Positions 8,436 through 18,841 of a DNA stretch of 32,000 nucleotides are shown here, piece by piece. Under the pieces are notes generated by a model. The model did not search any database. It had not been told where the DNA came from and worked only from the letters and a program-made list of their open reading frames with translations. The DNA comes from Paramicrosporidium saccamoebae KSL3 (taxonomy: Eukaryota; Fungi; Cryptomycota): NCBI GenBank assembly GCA_002794465.1, contig MTSL01000205.1, forward strand, positions 24,229 to 56,228. Direction: 5' to 3'. The first letter of the stretch is position 1. Every line of letters begins with the position of its first letter. Made by a program: the position numbers and the translations under genes.

Positions 8436-10020
8436 ATGCATGATGGCAAGTCTATTTTTGGAGCACATGAACAGGCTGCACAAAGGCTGCTTGGCTTGAT
8501 TCGAAGAAAAAGGAGCGGCCATGTGCTGGTCACTGGTATAAGTGGGGTGGGAAAGACATTTTTGCTGAAAAGAGTCCTTGAACACTTGGGAGAGCCATAT
8601 AACCTCATATCATGTGGCCAACTATTCGATTCCGAGACTGGTGGGACCGAAAGGAAATTATCAAATCTATTGCTCGAATCAGACAAGAAAATTGTAGTTT
8701 TGGATGACGTGGACTCTATTGCAGGAAAGCTACCTAATGCTGCTGTGCATGGAGTAGAGCATCGTGTAGCTTCTGTGCTTCGGAAATGTCTAGATGATAC
8801 AAAAGTACTCGTATTTGGCGTTACTTCTCGCCCTGATATCATTGACACTTCAATTACACGTAGTGGCAGGCTCTGCAATAATGTCCACGTCTCAGTCTCC
8901 ACCTCTGAACAAAGATTTCTCTTGCTACATGATATTGTTGTAGATGGCATATTATCGAGGAACGAGATGCTCCAATTATCCAACATGACACACGGATATT
9001 CTGCAGCAGATTTTGAAAAACTCTACGCTCTAGCGACTCGAACAGCAATCAGACGGCAAGAACCCAGTGCGAGTGCGAGTGCAAGTATAATGATTACTTT
9101 GAGTGATTTTGAATCCTCCCTTTTGCAAATGAGACCGTCAATCATTGCAGATCTGCCTACCGTTCCATATATTCATTCTATGCCTCGCCTAATAGGAGTC
9201 GATGCCATTCGAACAGAGATATTGGTATTGTATCCAAAAGGCCGCTAAAATGTAGGAAATGATCCAATTTCCGGTCACGAAAGCTGAAATCCTCAAAAGG
9301 CTCAATTTGACACCACCGCGTGGAGTTTTGTTGCATGGACCCAGCGGGAGTGGAAAAACTTTGCTTGCTTTAAGGATAGCCCACGACAGTGGACTCTGTG
9401 TGATCCACGTCCAAGTACGACACGATTAATGCTCTAAATTATAGGCAACCTCCATCCGGTCCAAATACGTGGGAGAGTCGGAAAAGAATCTGGCAAGGTT
9501 ATTCAAGAGAGCCCGGGAATGTTCTCCGTGTATATTATTTCTAGATCAGGTCAGTTGTTGTTCAGCGTGTTAATGTCAGTAGATTGACGGATTGTTTTCA
9601 ACCCGGAGTGACAAAGAAAACACATCACAGAATACAAGTGATCGGCTCATTACTAGTCTCCTCACCGAGTTGGATGGATTGCATACCAAGAAGCAGGGCG
9701 ACGGAGTGTTCATTTTGACAGCGACTAGCCATATAGACGCCATCGATCCTGCCATTCTTCGACCCGGTCGCATTGGTGTGCATGTGGAAATGCCAGTCTT
9801 TGGTGACACCCAGCGGTTGGAATTTATTAGAGAGCGAATGAGAGTGATGCCAATTGATTTGTGTGACGAGCAGATCAAATGGATTGTAGATAATACTGCC
9901 GGTCTGATGGTATCTGAACTTGATGGGATATTTCGAGAGGCTGCCCTGAGTACGCTGAGAAACAACTTGGAGGCCGCAAAAATAGAGTTCGATAGTATCA
10001 AGAGTTTTATTGTCGCGTAA
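8436..10020 (+). CDS. Two-domain AAA+ ATPase of the Cdc48/Afg2/Pex-like clade, no N-domain, 496 aa, 3 introns
   Basis: Exons 8436-9224, 9256-9414, 9445-9549, 9583-10020 (introns of 31, 30 and 33 nt). D1: Walker A GISGVGKT, Walker [29 protein letters not shown]2: [56 protein letters not shown]. Confidence 0.85.
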
Positions 10021-10291
10021 TGAGAAAAATGTTGCCACGGGCCTTTTCACCATTTGTTTGTTACCAATTGGTAATAGACTGGCTGCGTGGAGAGTGTGTG
10101 ACCATGGTATCAATACAGGAGACTTTATTATCAACCTTCATTATGGGCTCGCCTTTGAACCTTTTGTCCCCGTTTGGTCCACTGCTTCACAGTATCATCC
10201 AATCCAGTCCGGTCCAGCCATATTAAGGATGACAGTCTATAGAGACACCTTTGACAGAGACATCCCGCCCACTAACTCTCACCAAAGCTTC

Positions 10292-13200
10292 TTAATAGGG
10301 AATTCCGTTTGTGCTTAATTGGTAACGATCATACATGGCCGTTCGGACATTTTCACAAGACTTGTAGACAAGATCGAACATGTAATCGCGTGCCTCTACA
10401 GTATCCAGTTCTAATCGGAACCGGTTCCGCAGGTTGCGGATTGTCTTGTCGCCCTTGAAGCAGGGCAGTCCCGACTCGCTCATGGCCTCCACCAACTGGA
10501 CAAATGACTCGGCGTAGCAGCGACATATGAGGAACGCCTGGACACATAGTTCTCGGAACCAACAAAAATAGGGACTCTCCTCCTTGCCACCCATCACTTG
10601 CAGCATTTCCGACGTCAGCTTAAAGGGTGCATTCTCAAAGGTAATCCCACCCGGCGCAATATCCAAGATGAACCCAAAGTCAATATGGATAATGTGGCCC
10701 GAGTCGTCAATCATGATATTTCCATTGTGGCGATCTTTAATGGCGAGCAAGTAGCAGACGACCGAATAGGCAGACATGCTTTTGACGAAATTCACACGTG
10801 CATCATGGAAGGCCCTCGATGATTCTCCCCCAAAACGGAACACAAAGTATTCATACAGCGAGTTAATCTTTTCCCTTCCAAGCTGATCACGTGAAATGGA
10901 TTTTGGAATGACCTCAATCACGCCACATCCCGGAGCGGTCGCAACTACGCGATACGGGAAGAGGTATACGGGCAATTGGTGGAATTCCATCATTTTTTTC
11001 ACCAGACTGATCAATTGCAAGGCCAGTACGTCCTGGCGACAATCATCGCCGACTTTGAAAATGGCTGATTGCCACGATGCCGGGCCATCAGAGCTTGACG
11101 GTTTCACCTTGAATGTGGCCATATACGGCGCCTTTGCATGACTCTGCAGCGGCCTCCCGGAATCATAGTCAATGTCAACTACTTCAAATTCGGGATTGCT
11201 AGGCAAATAGACACCTGGGTCGACTGCAATCTTTGAAAGCTCCTCGTCAATCTTGGCCTTTTTCTCCCACTTTTCCTTCTTCACATACGGCTTCAGTGAG
11301 CCCGAAATGCTGGTCACTTTTTCGAAAAAGCTAAATTCCCTGCTGAAGAACGCTTCGGCTTCGCCAGAAAATTGCTTCGTGATGCTGGCCACCATTCCCT
11401 CGAGAACCTCTTTGATAGGATCCGGCTGCGTGGCCGCCTCATCCAAAAACATGTTTGCCTTCATGTTCCATATAATTTGATGGGCAAACAATGGAGACTG
11501 CTTGGCAATATGCAAAATACTGCGTTCAATAAAGCCGTAATGATCATGACGAAGTGTCTGGACCAGCTGCGGGATATAGAAGAACAGCGTGTCAGCTTGG
11601 GTCTGCTCCAAGGATCGCATGGCAAGATTCAACATGACTGGTACCTTTCGCAATTCCGGATGACGGAATACGCTGATGGCAGTGGGAAGAAGGAGAGGGG
11701 CGGAAAATATCAAAGATTCCTTTTCAATAGGAATTGATTTTTCAATTGTAAAGGACGCGAGGGTGGAGGAGCAAGCAAGGACCCGGTGGCAAGTTTTCCA
11801 AGCCTCCAGGTTTGAAAAATCAGTGATTTTAAAATGATCCAGGAGGCGACGAGTCAATTCTAGGGACATGCCTGCCATTCCAAAAATAATGGCGCGTTTG
11901 GAATCGGGAATGGAAATGGGCTTTTCCACTGACATGACGCCTCGCCAAACTTGAGTGTCCTGAATTTGACCCTGAAGCAGCGCCAAAAAGGCCGATGCTG
12001 CCGTAGCACGTCGTCTCTTGCCCATTGTCGTCCGCTCAATCCTGCACTCTCTTTGAAGAATTTGGACCAACTCTCGACACAATGTGAGCTCTTCATTGAC
12101 GCTAGACTGGGGACTCTGCAAAAATCTAAATGTCAGTGCACTGCTATGGCCCCGTACGGTATGTAATTAGAGAAGAATCGGAACATGGAACCGTAAAGCG
12201 ACTCAACTACCATGGACGATAACAAAGATGTCTCTGAGCCCCTCTCAAGCACCTCAAAGGCAAACAAGAACACACAAAAGCCCACAAACTTTCTAACCGG
12301 GACTTTGATGGCATTACACAATTGTCTCACAAGGTCAAAATAGATTGCCATCGAGTCTGGAGCGCGAATGTTATCAAATTGGAGCTGTTCAGATAAAAAG
12401 TCTAGCAGAATGGCCAGGCAGACAATAAAGTTGGATTCCTCGCGACGGTTGATATCAAGAGAGGGGATTGCGGTCAATTTGGAGCGTAGGGGATGGGTAA
12501 GGGAAGACGAGCCGCTGCAGAGCAATCTGGGCAATTTTAAGCTCAGAGCCGACAGCATACGTACTGTTATTGTCGGATTGCGATCCATCAATGTCAGCCA
12601 TTCACGAATCCCTTTGCGCACCTTGGTAGGATCAGAGAAATCCAACAAGTGTTCCAACACTTGGCCAAACACATTGTCACCGACAGCAAGATTCTGTATG
12701 TCGTAATGAACAAAGTCCTCGGCGTTCCGGTACAACAGCGTGTCCGTTTTAAGATACATACTGGCCTTGTCATCCAAACGGTCAGTTGGAAATACAACTC
12801 TTAAGAGCTCCAGCAGCGCAACGTCTCTGTCGCCCCACGACAAATCATTAGTACTAGAGTAGATCTTGGTATGGGCAAATTTGAAGAAATAATTGGGTGT
12901 CTCCGAAGCAGCCTTGCTATAGATAGTACGGCCAAGGTCGACCAAATCATGGAAAGCCGACTGGGCAGCGGTAGGATCTCTAGTGACATCTTCAACCACA
13001 TTGTCAAGCTCCGGCGATCCGAGACCCAGGCGACACACAAAGAACATGTTGCCGAGCTTACCGGCTACCACATCCCAAATCTTTCTATCCGTGTAGACAA
13101 AAAACTCTTTCAAAAAGTGCGCCTTTAACAGCTTCAAGGAGGTGCGGTGAGTCCGAGGTTGAATATGACAGAGATTGTTCATCAAGAGGCGCGCGAGCCT

Positions 13201-15491
13201 CACTTGGAGAAGATCCGAGTCGGCAATGTTCTCCACCTTCCATTGTGAGATCATTGTGGAAATCAAATCCTCGACCAATGGATACACGCCAAGCAGTTCA
13301 ATCACATCACTCTTCAAGTACGTATCAAGATGATCAAAGAATCCAAGTCGGAGCTTGTGCTGCTCAGAGTGATAGAGAGCCATTAACCAAAGACACTGGG
13401 CAAATGTAATGTGGCGGATCTGGCTAGCACAATTTGGGAGAAGATTGCCGAGATAACTGCGCAGTGCCGGATTGATGGATTGAGAGAGTACTACTTGGCT
13501 AAAAGTCGATCCGGGAGACTGTAGCTTATCACGCTCCTTGATCAATACGGGACTCGATCGGGAAATTATGGGAACAAATTGGGCCCAATCGGATCGCCAT
13601 TTTAGTTCTTGTTGGAATCCAAGGAAAATCAGTATCATCCAAAATTCTTGGAAAATGTCAACATATGTTGCCTTTGTGGCCATTTCAAAGTCATTCAAGT
13701 TTTCTAGACAGCTGCAGATGGCCTTGAGGAGAACATCGAGATCCGGATCATTATAGTCAAGTTTTCTGCTCTTTTCACTGGTGCCAATAAGCGAGACTCC
13801 CTTCTCAACAAAACAACGCATCAGGGTAACGAGTAGCACATCTCGTTTGATGGAATCAGTAGATACTTTTTCTGCTAGCTCGGCAAGACACGCCACCGTC
13901 TAAACATTAAGAAGCTCCGCTTCACACTGTACCTGTGCAGGATGCACACCCGATTTGATCAGACCGGTAAAAGTGTCTAGAACAGTGTTAAAGACGCTGC
14001 TTCCACCTTGCGCAGCAATAAACGAAAATTGACTTAGAAGGCCCTGTCGAGCAGACAATTCTGTGGCAGAAGTCTTGTTGAACTGCATAAGAAGATTTGA
14101 AAGACATATTTTAGCAATCTACAGAGGTGAGGCGAGGCATCGTATTACGGTGTCATCTTTGGTTGCATTGGCAATATTGGTCAGGACAACCGCCAAATGG
14201 TCAGTCGTGGCGCTCCTCATGTCCACAATCTCGCGATCTGATGCCGGATTTGGAAACTCTGCCATCAAATTTGACACGAGTGATTCACAAAACAGCCGAT
14301 CAGTCGACAGCAAAATTTTCAAAGTCTCCCCGATTGCTCTCCCTCCCTCTGATAGAGTCTTGACGGGATCGGGATAATCTGGACACTGCCCTCTAATACA
14401 AAGTGAATACAAGACCACCTTGATGGCGCCAATAGTCAGATATGCCCTCTCTGGCTTTCTAAAATAATCAAGTAAATGCAAAGTACGTACAATTTAACCG
14501 CGCACACGAGCGCTGCAGTGAGAGGCTCAAATAGGGAGGCAAAATTGGAAAAGCACTTGAAATATTTGTAAGACTGCAGAAGCGACAAGGTCAACTCTGC
14601 ATCCGTTTCAATCAATCCAAAGACCTTGTACAGCTTCAGGAGGATCCCCATGACATTGCAGAGGAATGGCTCTGATGATACTGAATTAATTAGGTACGCA
14701 GATAAACACTGGAAATTATCGGCCAAGATGTTCCGCAGCTTGTCCAGCATTGCATTGCTCAATTGGGAAGATCCAATGTCGTTGAGGATTGACATTAAAT
14801 TCATCGTTGCCGCAAAGTGCTCCCTGACAACATCCTCGAGTCGAAAGTCTGGAGGTGCATCTGCCAACACCATTCGAATGTCAAAAGAGGTTCCATCCAG
14901 AAACTGGAGGGACATTGACAAAATTTCTTCCTTTTGGGCATTGGATAGAGTGCTGCCGGCCGAGATGATGCCTTCAACGGCGGAATTGATGCATTGGCGC
15001 ACGTAATTCTGGTCTGGATGCTCGCCAGTGTCCATCGAGGCTGCCCATTTGAGAATACACTGATTGATGGTTCCAATCACTTTAATCTTAATAGTCTCAT
15101 CCGCTACCTGGCAGCCTTTGAGCGACGACTCTGAAAGTCGCATAATGATGTGGTGAATATCGACGTTGGGATTCACAGCCCAGTCGCACGCACAGGTCAG
15201 CATTGTCAGTGTGGCGCGTAAAGCAAGCAAACAGTCGGCCTTTGAGTTGTCACAGTAGTTACACAGCGCCAGGAGGGCATCTTGGGCACGCTAAACCATT
15301 AGCGAAATGACACGAGGTACAATATCAATTTTCATGGGAGGCTTCTCTGCCTCACATTCCATAGTTTCTGTGAGAAGTTGCTCTTTAGTGACATTTAAAC
15401 GCTTGAGCAGGAACGAGCAGTCATTATCTTTTCCACTCCAAAGAGAGTACGACTGCAAGAGACTACTGTTGTGGGCTCCCTTAACAAGCAT
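10292..15491 (-). CDS. STT4: Phosphatidylinositol 4-kinase alpha (Stt4 type), ~1680 aa, 5 introns
   Basis: Exons 15491-15321, 15290-14491, 14458-14149, 14118-13933, 13899-12158, 12125-10292 (introns of 30, 32, 30, 33 and 32 nt; phases consistent, 5043 nt). C-terminus has FFYIPQLVQTLRHD, LQSHAKAP, IFKVGDDCRQDVLALQ, IKDRHNGNIM, HIDFGF and ends NGIPY. The start codon is less certain. Confidence 0.92.
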
Positions 15492-15632
15492 GCTGTTACA
15501 AAATTGATTTGTTTGGGTTTAAGTAAAGGCCTTGTTAAGCGGACGCTGCTAAGCAGATCCTTTATTCAAATCCTTCCTGGATTGTATATATGCCATACGA
15601 TGTCACAATTTAGTCTTTATATACGGTAGGAT

Positions 15633-15780
15633 TGTCACATAGTGGAATAATACCACGTACCTACCTTGTCAGGCGCGAAGAAACGAAATGAGACGGAAAG
15701 AAAACTTGTTCACTTTTAATCCTGAAATCACAAGGATACACATTTCACTGTCCTTAAATACCCAGCTAACCAATCCTCTA
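15633..15780 (+). repeat. Dispersed repeat family, copy C (short, unexpanded form)
   Basis: TGTCACATAGTGGAATAA...TTGTCAGGCG...TGTTCACTTTTAATCCTGAAATCACAAGGATACACATTTCACTGTCCTTAAATACCCAGCTAACCAATCCTCT. 51/62 core identity to copy A. The 3' end overlaps the ERCC1 stop codon (15778-15780). Confidence 0.85.
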
Positions 15781-16483
15781 CATCGCGGGATTAAAGCCAG
15801 TTCCCATGGCTTCTAAGAAGCGTCGTATCTTTTGATCACCAAATCCGGAACAAATCCGCAAACTACTCTCCTCGGCAGTTAATATGTCCGCTACTGTCTT
15901 AAACTGGGTGGAGAGTGTTAAACAATCCGTCTTATTTACAGAGCGCACATTAGACAAGACGGTCGTCAACCTATCCAATTTCGTGTCACCAATTTTGGTC
16001 TTGATCGCATCGGCAGTCTTATGTTCAAATGCCTTAAAGGTTTCTAGATATCGTCCTGCCTCCTCATTGCTCCATGCCAAGATCATGCAGAAATCCAGAA
16101 CCACTGATACACGCGTCAGCTCTCGTAGAGTCTTGGTAAAGTCTCCAGTGTCAACCAGCACGAGCAGGATCCGCAGCTTGTACAGCTTTCCCAGCTCTTT
16201 TAACCGCTCATAGACGTAATTTGGATAAAGTTTGTGATATCGTAAGCTGGCAGTCAGTAACAGCCTGCATGGAGCTCACCTTAAGAAGAGAGCACAGGTA
16301 GTTCGTCCCAGCTCAAAGTCAGCAAGAGTGTCGCCAAACTCGTATGGCACATTCCTCACATGATTCAGTATCGGATTTCCCCTCTAGCAATGCTTAGACA
16401 GTGCACCAAATCGTAACCTGGCACTCATTAACCGTAATAGCATTCGGTCTCGACTTTTTGGCCGGCGGTTCAACAGCGGCCAT
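15778..16483 (-). CDS. ERCC1: ERCC1/Rad10 excision repair endonuclease subunit, 212 aa, 2 introns
   Basis: Exons 16483-16418, 16383-16280, 16246-15778 (introns of 34 and 33 nt). Spliced protein contains [58 protein letters not shown] and a C-terminal HhH (SVNKTD...GFGDQKIRR). Confidence 0.93.
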
Positions 16484-16506
16484 CCAAGCTCACCGGGGAC
16501 GCCGTC

Positions 16507-17013
16507 ATGTTTGCCATTGAGAACGAGCAAACACGGAAAAGTCTCAAGAGCGCATTCGAAAACATCTTTGCCAAGTACGGCCGTGACTTTGCGGAAGATG
16601 ACGAGGTTGACTTGGGCAGCATGGAGGTTACGAAACCCGGTGGTCATCTGGCAAGGCTGAAATCGGTGGCATTTGGGAGGGCGTTCAAAGACCGTCAGCA
16701 TTCATTCGACAAGGAGTTTGAACATAAAGCGCCGCTGGAGATTGACGAAGATGTGTTTGAGACGGATAGGAGAAAAAATAGACCGACTGCGGACCCGGTC
16801 CAAGTGGCTCAGATTCGATATAGTTTCAATTATGCAGTGGCCTCAAAAGTGAAGAAACCAAGGGACCAAAATTGCCCCGATGATCCCCCTTCATTCCATT
16901 CCATCCTACTAGACATTCGTCAATCTCAGAAGGATCGGGCTCGACAATACCCTATAACTCACGAAAGGAATTGTTTCGATTGTAGATTATTAAGTATTAT
17001 TCAGACAGAATAA
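16507..17013 (+). CDS. SCM3: Scm3/HJURP-domain CENP-A chaperone-like protein, 168 aa
   Basis: LKSAFENIFAKYGRDFAEDDEVDLGSMEVTKPGGHLARL matches the Scm3 domain pattern (F-x-x-I-F-x-K-Y...D-E-I-D-L...G-H-L) from memory of the family. The rest is low complexity with a terminal CxxC. Confidence 0.75.
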   Translation: MFAIENEQTRKSLKSAFENIFAKYGRDFAEDDEVDLGSMEVTKPGGHLARLKSVAFGRAFKDRQHSFDKEFEHKAPLEIDEDVFETDRRKNRPTADPVQVAQIRYSFNYAVASKVKKPRDQNCPDDPPSFHSILLDIRQSQKDRARQYPITHERNCFDCRLLSIIQTE

Positions 17014-17037
17014 AAAACAAATGTAAAAGAATGATGC

Positions 17038-17042
17038 AAAAA
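17038..17042 (-). terminator. Pol III oligo-T terminator of the tRNA-Lys gene
   Basis: TTTTT three nucleotides after the tRNA 3' end on the minus strand. Confidence 0.7.
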
Positions 17043-17045
17043 CAG

Positions 17046-17118
17046 CGCCCGAAGTGGGGCTCGAACCCACGGCCTTAAGGTTAAAAGCCTCACGCTCTAC
17101 CGACTGAGCTATCCGGGC
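17046..17118 (-). tRNA. tRNA-Lys(UUU), intronless
   Basis: Reverse complement GCCCGGATAGCTCAGTCGGTAGAGCGTGAGGCTTTTAACCTTAAGGCCGTGGGTTCGAGCCCCACTTCGGGCG, 73 nt. GCCCGGA/TTCGGGC acceptor stem, anticodon loop CT-TTT-AA, GTTCGAG T-loop. Confidence 0.97.
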
Positions 17119-17393
17119 TTATGACTAGTCGCTTGTATATTATTATAGTATTAACAATGCTCTAGAAGAGTACATTATTGAATCAAAGAATAGGTTTCAA
17201 TTACTGGCCCAACACCATGCATGCTAATCGAATGTCATACCAAACATGCCTGCACGCTGGTGCAGAACACACCAGGGACTATGATTGCCAGACTCGCAGT
17301 ATTTCAGCAGATAACAATTGATATATTTCAGAAAATAACAGCATGTCTTTATTTGGCTCAACAGTGTCATCTCCGGCCTCTCATGTAACTCGC

Positions 17394-17796
17394 CTACTTT
17401 AAACTCTTTTGTAGTTGTTGATAAACACGAGTTTTCATCCACTCCCTATCATGGGGTACGTATGCCTTTACTTTATCCTCGAACCTACAATAATGTTAGA
17501 AACCTTGCTGGCATGATACGTGAGGACGCCAAGGTCAGGCAAATTCTCAATGTAGCTCATGAGGTCTTTTGTCTCATAACGCAAGTTCCTCACATTGGGG
17601 TTGAGTTCTTTGAGACGGGTTTCGTAGCCGTTGATAAAGTCTAGGCGTTAGAGTGTGGAGAGAGGGGAGGTACGGTCAACGGCTTGCGAGATAGTGTCAT
17701 GATCAGAAAAGGTACGACTTGACTTGTCAGTATGCGGCTGGAGGAGGAGGATAGTGTGTGTCTACAGAGGTGAGAAGGGGTGAGAGGAGGTACCAT
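17394..17796 (-). CDS. ERH: Enhancer of rudimentary homolog, 100 aa, 3 introns (absent from ORF track)
   Basis: Exons 17796-17794 (ATG only), 17761-17674, 17640-17520, 17484-17394; introns of 32, 33 and 35 nt. Spliced: MTHTILLLQPHTDKSSRTFSDHDTISQAVDHFINGYETRLKELNPNVRNLRYETKDLMSYIENLPDLGVLTFEDKVKAYVPHDREWMKTRVYQQLQKSLK, colinear with the ERH family (MSHTILLVQP...YNKDWIKEKIY). Confidence 0.93.
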
Positions 17797-17830
17797 TGTG
17801 GATAGGCGCCCCTGCTAGGTGCAGTCGTTA

Positions 17831-18788
17831 ATGCAGTCGCTGTTTTCCCTGGAGAAGAATACCATTTCCAAGGGTGACTACGTTGTTATCTACATTGTAA
17901 AATCTGTAAATGTATTCTTAATGTATAGTCGCCGGAAGATGTAAGTATTTTAAAAGTCGAGTTTGGTGGGTTCCTACAGAATCGGCTTGGCCGGTTTAAA
18001 CATGACGACATGGTGGGCAAGCCGTATGGCAGCCAGTTTTGGTCAGTGGATGGTAGTAAACATTTGCACTTGCTAAGGCCAACACCCGAACTATGGACAC
18101 GTGTCCTGCCTCATCGCACGCAAATCCTCTACCTTCCGGACATTTCCTTTATCATCGAAAAGCTCGACCTCACATTCGGCTCAATCGTGGTTGAGAGTGG
18201 CACCGGGTCAGGTTCATTCTCACATTCCATCGCCCGCGCCATCGGTAGCACTGGACATTTGTACACTTTTGACTTTCACGAGGCGAGGGCCGAGGCTGCA
18301 AAGATAGAATTTGAAGAACACGGGTTGGCAACCATAGTGACAGCCCAACGTCGTGATGTTTGCAACGACGGATTCGATCTGGAGGGGATAGCTGATGCAG
18401 GTATTTTCCAAGCTTCGCATTATAATTATTAGTCTTTCTCGACTTGCCGTCACCTTGGTTGGCAGTTGCGCACGCAAAGCAGGCCCTCCGCAAAGATCGA
18501 GTGACGAGAATCGCATGCTTCTCTCCCTGTATGGAACAAGTGCAGCGCACCATCCCCGAGCTCTCCAGTAACGGCTTCCGCGAGATTGAAATGTTCGAAG
18601 TCCTTGTGAGACCGTTGGAAGTTGAAGAGATTGCGCTCAGCTCGCTGACTGCAGTAAGACTTGGACAAAAGAGGGGGCTCGATCGGACCCAATTGGTGGC
18701 CAAACACAAGTCTGATATCAAGGGACACACCAGCTATCTTTATTTTGCAACCCTGTTGCCCCCACCAATACCCATAGAGGCTCAATAG
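17831..18788 (+). CDS. TRM61: tRNA (adenine58-N1)-methyltransferase catalytic subunit, 297 aa, 2 introns
   Basis: Exons 17831-17896, 17929-18400, 18433-18788 (two 32-nt introns). Motifs LLRPTPELWTRVLPHRTQILY, VVESGTGSGSFSHSIAR, FDFHEARA, AVFLDLPSPW, FSPCMEQV, HTSYL. Confidence 0.95.
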
Positions 18789-18841
18789 AATAAATCGAAA
18801 ACAGGTCAGGTCCCCGACACATACCCTGGTCTTTTTTCGTC

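Noticed and set aside
8426-8986. 187-aa N-terminal extension of the J-domain ORF in the track
   Set aside because: Lies exactly antisense to AAA exon 1, is Ser/Thr-rich and motif-less; the J-domain starts right after the ATG at 8425.
9064-9086. AGTGCG microsatellite encoding SASASAS in the AAA gene
   Set aside because: Ordinary slippage in an inter-helix linker.
14119-14121. Apparent in-frame TAG in STT4, suggesting readthrough or a pseudogene
   Set aside because: It is the acceptor of a 30-nt GT-AG intron (14148-14119) with a branch-like CTCAC. The same explains other apparent in-frame stops; there is no evidence of a variant genetic code.
17762-17793. ERH intron 1 shares its last 13 nt (CTCACCTCTGTAG) with STT4 intron 14119-14148, hinting at intron duplication or introners
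   Set aside because: The match covers only the branch/acceptor region, the 5' halves differ, and no other intron pairs are similar.
17046-18788. Functional clustering of tRNA-Lys with tRNA methyltransferase TRM61
   Set aside because: ERH lies between them. Trm61 acts on many tRNAs, and proximity is expected by chance in a genome this dense.
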